A stretch of DNA of 64,000 nt from an uncultured virus (IMG/VR IMGVR_UViG_3300027229_000184) (IMGVR_UViG_3300027229_000184); one strand, 5' to 3'. Positions 20,663-28,102 are shown, counted from the first letter of the stretch. Notes: a model not told the origin generated them from the sequence alone. Made by a program: numbers and translations.

Positions 20663-21190
20663 ATGCAAGACTTAAAATCACAAATCCAAGAACTAGAGAA
20701 GAAGACAACTGATCTTCAGGTAGAAATTGCAAACCACGAGTTTGAACTAAATTTTGAAGATTATTCACACGTATCCAAAATTCTTCAACACATCGATAAA
20801 GATTACCAGTGGGAATCTAAAAACGCAGCTTTAGCAGTTTACGTATATGATAAACTGAAGGAGCAATACAAAGCATCAAAGGCAACTCAAACATCTGACG
20901 AAGATGCTTTTTCAATCATGATGAGATCAACTGAGTTGACAGGCCTTTACAATATCCTTCTAAACATTTCAGGAACGGGTGTTGAAAAAGCACGTTCTTT
21001 CACCCGTCTATTGACCAACGTCGGCCAGCAGGTCACATCGGCACTAGATCAATTGGCTGAAAGAAACGCAGAAGTTAGAGAACTTCACGCACAATTACAG
21101 GAACTTGAGCAACAATTGCAAGAGTCCGAATTTAATCTTTCAACCAATGAAGATAGCGAGCAAATCGAAGAAGAGGTTACAAATTCTTGA
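20663..21190 (+). CDS. Hypothetical coiled-coil protein
   Basis: ORF after GATATATA motif. Confidence 0.7.
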   Translation: MQDLKSQIQELEKKTTDLQVEIANHEFELNFEDYSHVSKILQHIDKDYQWESKNAALAVYVYDKLKEQYKASKATQTSDEDAFSIMMRSTELTGLYNILLNISGTGVEKARSFTRLLTNVGQQVTSALDQLAERNAEVRELHAQLQELEQQLQESEFNLSTNEDSEQIEEEVTNS

Positions 21191-21683
21191 TGCGCTGTGT
21201 GAGGGAATCACACATGACGAGATATTTGGAACTATCGACTACAAGAAACAGAACGAAGATAAGATCAAACAGTTCATGTATCCTCACATAGTTGAGGCCA
21301 TGACTCAATACTTGATCGATAGCGAGGCCATTGGCCGCAATGAGGCCAAGGACAAGGTTAAGAAAGCTTTGAAATGGGAGGGTAACGTTAATACTACCGT
21401 TCACAACATCGTTTTCATGGGCACTCAAAACCGCCCAGACATGGTCTTTGAATTTGGCGATCTTCGCATCGCGATTGAAGTTAAGAGAGGAGCTTCAGGC
21501 TCGGATCTTAGATCTGGCATCGGTCAGTCAATGATCTATGCAACTCATTATGACTTCGTGATCTGTTTGTTTATTGATACATCAGAAGACAAAAGAGTTC
21601 ATAACGCAAGATCTGGTTCGAATGAATACCATTTCATGGATACTTTGTGGAAGAATTATAACATCAAATTCATCACCATTTAA
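21147..21683 (+). CDS. PD-(D/E)XK nuclease-fold protein
   Basis: RPD...IAIEVK...GIGQ..Y. Confidence 0.6.
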   Translation: MKIASKSKKRLQILDALCEGITHDEIFGTIDYKKQNEDKIKQFMYPHIVEAMTQYLIDSEAIGRNEAKDKVKKALKWEGNVNTTVHNIVFMGTQNRPDMVFEFGDLRIAIEVKRGASGSDLRSGIGQSMIYATHYDFVICLFIDTSEDKRVHNARSGSNEYHFMDTLWKNYNIKFITI

Positions 21684-22210
21684 TGGCAACATATCTGATT
21701 GGTAACTGCCAGTTTGGCAGGGCCACCATTATTAAGCAAAACAAGCGTCCTTTCGATAACGTTCAAGAAATGAACGAAGAAATGATTCAGCGCTGGAACT
21801 CAGTAGTTACTGATGAAGATGATGTCATTCATCTAGGTAACTTTGCATGGGATCCAAGTACCACTGAAGAAGTGTTAATGCAATTGAACGGTCGTAGAAT
21901 CCTAATGGTTCCAGCTGAGTTTGATAGTGCAATCCTTGACATGCAGGGTAAGCAGGCTCTACCGACTAACGCTCAGATCATTAACCGTATCTTCGAGCAA
22001 CCTCAGCTGAATGCTACATTTGCCTATTGGCCACTGATGGAATGGCCCCAGAAGTCAAAGGGACACTTCCTATACTATGGTTTCTATAGCCCTAAGTACA
22101 AACCTGACCATAAGAAGAAGATGATTAACATGGCTTGTGAGTTTTGGAATTACACACCAATGAAGATTGGTAACCTGATCAAGCTGTTTGAAGATAAAGA
22201 CATTGAGTAA
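21683..22210 (+). CDS. Calcineurin-like metallophosphoesterase homologue with degenerate active site
   Basis: RPF..V.EMNE.MI.RWNSVV...D.VIHLG is typical; metal ligands are replaced. Confidence 0.75.
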   Translation: MATYLIGNCQFGRATIIKQNKRPFDNVQEMNEEMIQRWNSVVTDEDDVIHLGNFAWDPSTTEEVLMQLNGRRILMVPAEFDSAILDMQGKQALPTNAQIINRIFEQPQLNATFAYWPLMEWPQKSKGHFLYYGFYSPKYKPDHKKKMINMACEFWNYTPMKIGNLIKLFEDKDIE

Positions 22211-22292
22211 ATTGTTAATAACTTTTTGCGCAATTGTTTCTCCGGGTCACCGGAATTTGTTATATTTACCTAGTAATTAGTTATTTAGATAG

Positions 22293-22517
22293 ATGGAAGA
22301 TCTTACCAAACTTGTCGGAGCCTCAGTAGTAGTGATTGTTTTAGTCGCTCTAGCTGCGGTCTTATTTGCATTGCCAGTAATGTTCCTTTGGAATTACTGT
22401 CTCGTTCCCGCAGTTGATGCGGTTAACCCGGTTTCTTTTTGGCAGGCCATGGGCATTAGTGTCCTTTTCAGCCTGTTGTTCAAGAACCACGGGGTCGTCT
22501 CTAAGAACCAAAAGTAA
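22293..22517 (+). CDS. Small membrane protein
   Basis: Two TM segments, LWN...SFWQAMG. Confidence 0.75.
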   Translation: MEDLTKLVGASVVVIVLVALAAVLFALPVMFLWNYCLVPAVDAVNPVSFWQAMGISVLFSLLFKNHGVVSKNQK

Positions 22518-22603
22518 AAAAGTTTGAACTTTTTTCACTGAACTGTTTCACGGTTCAGATTTTTTTGTTATATTTACCCAGTAACCACCAAAAAACAAAG
22601 AAT

Positions 22604-23215
22604 ATGGCAACTTATCGCGAACTCACAGAAAATTACATTGCAACTCGTTCACACGAAGATTACACCGCTCTCTACCGTAAGGTAAAGCCAGGCCTTCAAA
22701 ACTACGTCAAGAATATCATCAAAGATAGTGATATCGCTGAAGACATCGCAGTCAACACTTTAATTAAGATGTGGACTAAGATCGATCAGTATGATCCACA
22801 GTATCAGATCACCACTTGGTTATATCGCATTGCTTACAACGAATCTTTGTACTACATTCGCGAACGTAATCGTAAGACTTCAATCGATCGTCTTCGTGAC
22901 GAATACGGAGTAGAAGTTACAAGCATGAATAATGTACGTGCTCTTGAAGAATTAATCGATGATGCAGCTTACAAATCTGAAATGGATTGGTACGAAGAAG
23001 AAAGTGAATTGAACGATACGTATGAAAATGCATTGAAAGCAATTCGCGAGCTCAAGCCTTTATACAAAGACATCTTAGTTGATCGTTTGATCGGTAACAT
23101 GAAGTATGAAGACATTGCCAAGAAGCACGACCTTCCTCTTCAAACCATTAAGAATCGTATTCGTCGTGGCCGTACACTAATTGTTGAAGCAATCGGAGTA
23201 GAAGTAAACTTTTAA
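22604..23215 (+). CDS. ECF-type RNA polymerase sigma factor
   Basis: AEDI...K...YD....TWLYRIAYN (region 2); YEDIA...TIKNRIRRGR (region 4). Confidence 0.92.
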   Translation: MATYRELTENYIATRSHEDYTALYRKVKPGLQNYVKNIIKDSDIAEDIAVNTLIKMWTKIDQYDPQYQITTWLYRIAYNESLYYIRERNRKTSIDRLRDEYGVEVTSMNNVRALEELIDDAAYKSEMDWYEEESELNDTYENALKAIRELKPLYKDILVDRLIGNMKYEDIAKKHDLPLQTIKNRIRRGRTLIVEAIGVEVNF

Positions 23216-23217
23216 TC

Positions 23218-23562
23218 ATGAAACTAGAAGATCTTTTCACAACCGAATGGACTCCTCGAGTTAAAGAATACGCTGACAAGATGGTGCAGGGAGTTCGTCA
23301 CATTGATGAACATGTTCACCATGATGACGTATTGTTCAAAACACAAACCCATGAAGATATTTTTCATGATTTGGTTTGTGAAGCCGCGACCGATAATCTA
23401 GTCAATTACGGAGACCTACAATTAGATGCTGAAGCATTCGATGACATTACAATTAAGATTGACATCTATGAATCGTTACTTCGTCTTCGTCAAGACGGTG
23501 TGATAGATTGGATTGATGACGAGAACGGTGAAGAAATCATTTTCAAGAAGAATGAAGATTGA
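23218..23562 (+). CDS. Hypothetical protein
   Basis: Coupled ORF. Confidence 0.7.
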   Translation: MKLEDLFTTEWTPRVKEYADKMVQGVRHIDEHVHHDDVLFKTQTHEDIFHDLVCEAATDNLVNYGDLQLDAEAFDDITIKIDIYESLLRLRQDGVIDWIDDENGEEIIFKKNED

Positions 23563-24295
23563 TAACATTTACCTGATTACCTTAGATCATAGTCAACAGA
23601 GTTATGACTCGTTAATTGATCGTTTAAACAGGCTAGGGGTTCCCACAGGAACACCTTATAAAATTATTGAAGGAGTTAATGGTCGCCAGTTATTTAAGAC
23701 AGAGGAGGGTCGAAATGAATATGGAATCAAGTTCTATGATAATTGGGCTCAAGGCACTAACAACGAATGGTGGAATCGGCCAGTAACAACTGGTGAAGCC
23801 GGTGGAATCTGCTCCCACATTAAAATCTGGGAAGATGCATACCGAAATGGTTATGAAAACATCTTAATCATAGAAGATGACTTCAATCCAATCGAAACGA
23901 TAGATTGGAGCGTCTTTACTGAATTACAGAACTATGATTGGGATCTCATCTTCTTATCGAGATTGTTGGTTAATCATCCAATGGTCAAAGATTTCAACGT
24001 AGGTTTAACTAACTTTATTCGTCCAGGTTACTCATATCAAACACATTGTTATGTATTGAATAAATCTGGAATCAGCAAGCTGGTTGAAACCAATCTACAG
24101 ACGTTAAAGCAAAATATCATCGTATCAGACGAATTTTTGCCAGCAACGTATACTTGGCACCCACGACAAGATCTTCGCTCAATGTACAATCAAAACATGA
24201 GCGCGTTAGCATTAAAGTGGAATCCCGTAAGTCAGCTCCGGTTTGAAGCAGCTGGCAATTCTCAAACTCAGCCAGTAGAAGGCGTAGACTTTTAA
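23552..24295 (+). CDS. Glycosyltransferase family 25, COLGALT-like
   Basis: RPVTTGE.G...SH..IW, IIEDD, WDLIFLSR, YSY.T.CY, DEFLP...HP. Confidence 0.85.
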   Translation: MKIDNIYLITLDHSQQSYDSLIDRLNRLGVPTGTPYKIIEGVNGRQLFKTEEGRNEYGIKFYDNWAQGTNNEWWNRPVTTGEAGGICSHIKIWEDAYRNGYENILIIEDDFNPIETIDWSVFTELQNYDWDLIFLSRLLVNHPMVKDFNVGLTNFIRPGYSYQTHCYVLNKSGISKLVETNLQTLKQNIIVSDEFLPATYTWHPRQDLRSMYNQNMSALALKWNPVSQLRFEAAGNSQTQPVEGVDF

Positions 24296-24299
24296 AGAC

Positions 24300-24452
24300 A
24301 TGAACTCGTTAGCACAACTCGTAGACATTATCGCAGAACACCCATTCGCATCACTATTCTTGGTTATGTGTGTTGCATGGGTAGTTAATACAACCATCGC
24401 CACAATTAAACCATGTGACTGTGGTGAAACAAAGAAAGATTCAGATATATAA
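24300..24452 (+). CDS. Small membrane protein (50 aa)
   Basis: MNSLAQLVDIIAEHPFASLFLVMCVAWVV... Confidence 0.5.
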   Translation: MNSLAQLVDIIAEHPFASLFLVMCVAWVVNTTIATIKPCDCGETKKDSDI

Positions 24453-24473
24453 GTCTCAAACAAAGCTAAAACA

Positions 24474-24551
24474 ATGCGTACACTAATTCAACATAACAAT
24501 AAATTCTGCATCTGGTATCCAGGTGAGAATGAGGCCTATGTGAAAATGTAA
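24474..24551 (+). CDS. Putative attenuator leader peptide MRTLIQHNNKFCIWYPGENEAYVKM
   Basis: 25-codon ORF after the GAAAC-N17-TATAA promoter (24426-24452); contains the complement of the downstream terminator 5' arm. Confidence 0.6.
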   Translation: MRTLIQHNNKFCIWYPGENEAYVKM

Positions 24552-24574
24552 GTACTGTTTTACTTAACGTTCTT

Positions 24575-24612
24575 GAAAGGCCTCATCGAAAGATTGAGGC
24601 CTTTCTTTTTTT
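24575..24612 (+). terminator. Intrinsic terminator/attenuator directly before tRNA-Cys
   Basis: gaaaggcctca-tcgaaagat-tgaggcctttc-ttttttt. Confidence 0.88.
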
Positions 24613-24686
24613 GGTGAGTTGCTCGAGTGGCCTAAGGGAGCTGTTTGCAAAACAGACGTTCAGTGGTTCGAATCCACTACTCACCT
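24613..24686 (+). tRNA. tRNA-Cys(GCA)
   Basis: Cloverleaf; acceptor ggtgagt/actcacc, loop ttGCAaa, ggttcgaatcc, U discriminator. Confidence 0.9.
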
Positions 24687-24809
24687 CAATCGCAACCGTA
24701 AAAAAGTTTCGTAAAAGTTTTACCGGGTCAAGTTTTTGTTGTATATTAGCCCAGTAATCATCAGATAGTGGTTCAAATTTAACGGAGACAGTAAACCTTA
24801 ATTAAATTT

Positions 24810-25004
24810 ATGACTATGAAAACGATGATGACAAACGAAGAAACAGCTAAGCAAATGTTCGGCCACCTGGTTGATACTTGCGAAAGTTGCGAACAAAAGT
24901 TGGGAGTTTGGACTGAGAATCCTTTTGATGCAGATGTCCGTAACGAACACAACATGATGTTCCTTTGCAAAGAGTGCTTTCACGAATTGCAGATGGATGT
25001 CTGA
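24810..25004 (+). CDS. Small Cys-rich (zinc-binding) protein
   Basis: CESC...CKEC, after early promoter. Confidence 0.65.
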   Translation: MTMKTMMTNEETAKQMFGHLVDTCESCEQKLGVWTENPFDADVRNEHNMMFLCKECFHELQMDV

Positions 25005-25025
25005 GGTCTTTGACTTGGTGGTAAT

Positions 25026-25098
25026 GATTCTTTAGCTCAGTTGGTAGAGCAGTACACTTTTAATGTACGGGTCCCGGGTTCTAGCCCCGGAGGGATCA
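25026..25098 (+). tRNA. tRNA-Lys(TTT)
   Basis: gtaca-ctTTTaa-tgtac; T loop reads ttctag. Confidence 0.9.
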
Positions 25099-25102
25099 CA
25101 AT

Positions 25103-25184
25103 GGGAGTATCGCATAGTGGCTATTGCAGTTGACTGTAAATCAATCGTCTAACGACATCGGAGGTTCGAGTCCTTCTACTCCCA
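25103..25184 (+). tRNA. tRNA-Tyr(GTA)
   Basis: gttga-ctGTAaa-tcaat, long variable arm. Confidence 0.92.
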
Positions 25185-25187
25185 CAA

Positions 25188-25306
25188 GGAAGAGGCAGTG
25201 CAAGCTGTAATAGATGATGGTGTTAAAATGGTGAAAAAGGGTTTGGAGTAATCAGAGCGTAAACAAATCATCTATCAGAAACCCTGAAAGACCCAGAGCC
25301 TCTTCC
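25188..25306 (+). ncRNA. Unidentified structured RNA between tRNA-Tyr and tRNA-Phe
   Basis: ggaagaggc/gcctcttcc closing stem, atagatgat/atcatctat inner stem, agggttt/aaaccct potential pseudoknot. Confidence 0.6.
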
Positions 25307-25310
25307 CCAT

Positions 25311-25383
25311 GGACTCGTAGCTCAGTTGGTAGAGCAATGGACTGAAAATCCATGTGTCGGCAGTTCGATTCTGCCCGAGTCCA
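25311..25383 (+). tRNA. tRNA-Phe(GAA)
   Basis: atgga-ctGAAaa-tccat. Confidence 0.93.
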
Positions 25384-25390
25384 CTAACAT

Positions 25391-25465
25391 TGCGGGTTGG
25401 ACTGGAGGTGGTTCCAGCCTGGTCTCATAAGCCAAACGACGTGGGTTCGACTCCCACACCCGCTA
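25391..25465 (+). tRNA. tRNA-Met(CAT), initiator-like (1:72 mismatch)
   Basis: tgcgggt/acccgct acceptor, ctCATaa loop. Confidence 0.85.
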
Positions 25466-25540
25466 CTAAGATCTAACCCAATGTAAACAATATGTTAATA
25501 CTGATATATAAGTTAATAACATTAAAATAACATTGGGACT

Positions 25541-25744
25541 ATGAAACATCTTAAGAACTTTTTAGTGATGATTTTTTCAACACTATCTATCGCGTCAATT
25601 TCATTGGCAACACTAATGTTATCTACTTCATGCTCTTCTAATCATGATTTAGTTGACACTTCAACGTGGGCTTCTAAACAAACATGTCAGTTTGATCCAC
25701 ATTGTACAATTACATCTATTCACAGCCACGTTAGCTTTGAATAA
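25541..25744 (+). CDS. Small putative lipoprotein
   Basis: Signal peptide ending LSTSC; Cys/His-rich C-terminus. Confidence 0.6.
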   Translation: MKHLKNFLVMIFSTLSIASISLATLMLSTSCSSNHDLVDTSTWASKQTCQFDPHCTITSIHSHVSFE

Positions 25745-25747
25745 ATA

Positions 25748-25976
25748 ATTAACACTGATCCATCGCTCGAAAGAGAGGAAACTCGGGACATCACTGCTTA
25801 AGGTGGAAGGTTATAACCTTTCCAAAACTAGTAAAAAAACAGAGTTTTGGAAAGGTTATAACCGTTATACCACCGAGGATGCAACACGTAATAGTCCATA
25901 GGGGTGAGCAGCCTGGGCAAGGTAGTGGCTTAGATTAATGGTGGAATAAAACAGAATCCCGGTTACTAGTGTTAAT
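25748..25976 (+). ncRNA. rnpB: Minimal RNase P RNA (type A catalytic domain, reduced S domain)
   Basis: CR-I gaggaaactcggga, CR-V aacagaatcccggtta (P4); P1, P2, P3, P5, P6, P7, P15, P16 pairings; CR-IV-like tagattaatg. Confidence 0.85.
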
Positions 25977-25982
25977 GTAAAT

Positions 25983-26060
25983 GGTGGTTGTAGCTCAGTT
26001 GGTTAGAGCGCTTGATTGTGGTTCAAGAGGTCGTCGGTTCGATTCCGATCAGTCACCCCA
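25983..26060 (+). tRNA. tRNA-His(GTG) with G-1 and encoded CCA
   Basis: cttga-ttGTGgt-tcaag. Confidence 0.93.
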
Positions 26061-26118
26061 GATATATAAATTGCGTATCAACAAGCCGATCGCAACGGCT
26101 TTTACGCGGTCCCCCGTC

Positions 26119-26146
26119 AAACCCGGTCTTTTTGACCGGGTTTTTT
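26119..26146 (+). terminator. Rho-independent terminator
   Basis: aaacccggtc-tttt-gaccgggtttttt. Confidence 0.85.
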
Positions 26147-26211
26147 CATCTCGATGAAGTTTTACCGTCTTAAATGTGATATATACAGAAACAAAAAACA
26201 TTTAAGTTAAA

Positions 26212-27918
26212 ATGCCAAATCCATTATATTTTAGATCTTCTAATCCAGGTCTAGGCAGCGTTAACGCTAAAGCAAACAAACTTTACGAGTGGGACGGAAC
26301 GGGTGCAATGCCAGCCGAACTTGCTCTAGGCAAAGGTGCTATGCCACCTGCTGAAATTTCAGGTGAAACGACAATTTGGTCGGATTCTTTCACACTAGGT
26401 TACACGAACGAAGCCGATGCTCACCCGATGTTCTGGTCAGACGGCGGAGCAGGTGATGCTAAAGTTCTTGAAATGATTAATCACTTTGCAGGTAGACTTG
26501 GTCAACCTCTTTTCTCTGACGTTGTTGCCGCAAAAGTATGGGCTGAAACCGCAGCTGGTCTTTATTCTTCATGGGCTGCAGCTGTTGCTCCAGGTCCTGC
26601 AGGATGGGACAACACAGTAGAATTCAGACCATGGTCTGACGGTGGATTCACAGCTTCAACTAATGATCTGGTCTCTAACATATGGGCTACTATGGCTTAT
26701 CCAGCTGTGAATGGGGTTAACTCATTTAGCATCTTTTTTACTAAAAACGCAGCTACAGCTGCATTTGCTGATCTAAGAGCTGGCGATATTGTTAGACTTG
26801 AACAGCCTTCTGGTGATTATGCAGTATGTTGGATAGCCAGAGATATCTGGCACACTAATTTAAGTCTTACAGGTGGAGGCACTGGACAGGGCTACAATCC
26901 TATGTTAGTTGTGGTTGAAGCGTCAGGTGTACTTAATACATCTCTTCCTACAACACTTAAGTTCCAAACAGCTCCTGTAGAACCTACATATTCTTTGGGT
27001 GCAGCGGGTGGACACTCTCTTACAATCACTAACGCATCAGCAACTGAACCTATTGTAAAGGTGTGGATTGAAGATGCTGCGATTGGATCAGGAGCTGGTA
27101 AGGCATGGTTAGCGTCTTATGGCGTTCCTAGCGGTACTCCTTTGGGAAACGGCAATACTGCGGCTCCATGGCTTCCAATTAGACCTGGTCATTCAGTTAC
27201 TCTAACTGACGTACCTTTGAGCGATATTAACAAATTCACTATGAACTTGGAGCTTGCAAATGCGTCAGGTAAATGGATTTATGCATCAACTAACAGAGCA
27301 CAAAACAACATAAGCTTTATTTCAGCAGTTTCTGGAAATAATCTATTCACACTTGGCAATGCCACTGGCGGAATTGCGATTACATCGCCTGCGCATTTTG
27401 ACGTTACACTTGTAAATGTATACAGACCAACTACTCTACCAGATCCAATGCCACCTGCGGGTTCAGTTGCAGGATCTTATTTCCCTACAACATATACTGA
27501 AGTTAACGTAGGAACAGGCCCTCACACTCTGATTGTACACAACCACACTGACATAAGCATTAAAGGTATTATGCCTGGATCCGGCGCAGGTACCTATAAA
27601 GCAGCGGGTGTCGGTGATATTCCTGGAGCTGTTCAAGCTGAATGGTTAAGCATTGCACCGGGAGGATACATTAAATTCACTGGAGTTAATCACCAATTTG
27701 ACGGTTCTAAGAACATAGTACCTTACTCGGTGTATTTTACCGGTTACGGTGGGAAGTATTTTGAAACGATTGCAGATGGTGAAATTGTCGCTGGTAATTA
27801 TTCTATTGACCCTACGAGGCATGCAGCTCTTACAGGTCCAATTGTTGCAGGTGTTGAGACTTCACTTAACGCTGCCGGAGCTACTGTTGAACTTAGAATT
27901 TACAAGTATATTCAATAA
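26212..27918 (+). CDS. Putative virion decoration/fibre protein (Ala/Gly/Thr-rich, repeated Ig-like modules)
   Basis: 568-aa ORF with late-type promoter; HSLTITN/HTLIVHN...W..I.PG repeats. Confidence 0.65.
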   Translation: MPNPLYFRSSNPGLGSVNAKANKLYEWDGTGAMPAELALGKGAMPPAEISGETTIWSDSFTLGYTNEADAHPMFWSDGGAGDAKVLEMINHFAGRLGQPLFSDVVAAKVWAETAAGLYSSWAAAVAPGPAGWDNTVEFRPWSDGGFTASTNDLVSNIWATMAYPAVNGVNSFSIFFTKNAATAAFADLRAGDIVRLEQPSGDYAVCWIARDIWHTNLSLTGGGTGQGYNPMLVVVEASGVLNTSLPTTLKFQTAPVEPTYSLGAAGGHSLTITNASATEPIVKVWIEDAAIGSGAGKAWLASYGVPSGTPLGNGNTAAPWLPIRPGHSVTLTDVPLSDINKFTMNLELANASGKWIYASTNRAQNNISFISAVSGNNLFTLGNATGGIAITSPAHFDVTLVNVYRPTTLPDPMPPAGSVAGSYFPTTYTEVNVGTGPHTLIVHNHTDISIKGIMPGSGAGTYKAAGVGDIPGAVQAEWLSIAPGGYIKFTGVNHQFDGSKNIVPYSVYFTGYGGKYFETIADGEIVAGNYSIDPTRHAALTGPIVAGVETSLNAAGATVELRIYKYIQ

Positions 27919-27942
27919 TCTAACTTCATACTAACTATTTTT

Positions 27943-27970
27943 AAAGCCCGGTCTTTGACCGGGCTTTTTT
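27943..27970 (+). terminator. Rho-independent terminator
   Basis: aaagcccggtc-ttt-gaccgggctttttt. Confidence 0.9.
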
Positions 27971-28029
27971 ATTATCAAATGAAACAACCCTTAGATCTAG
28001 TATATAAATACTGTTCTTCGGAATAACCA

Positions 28030-28102
<73 letters not shown>

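Noticed and set aside
25188..25306. HDV-like (theta) ribozyme after tRNA-Tyr
   Set aside because: The 5' strand pairs with the extreme 3' end, which does not fit the nested HDV double-pseudoknot order
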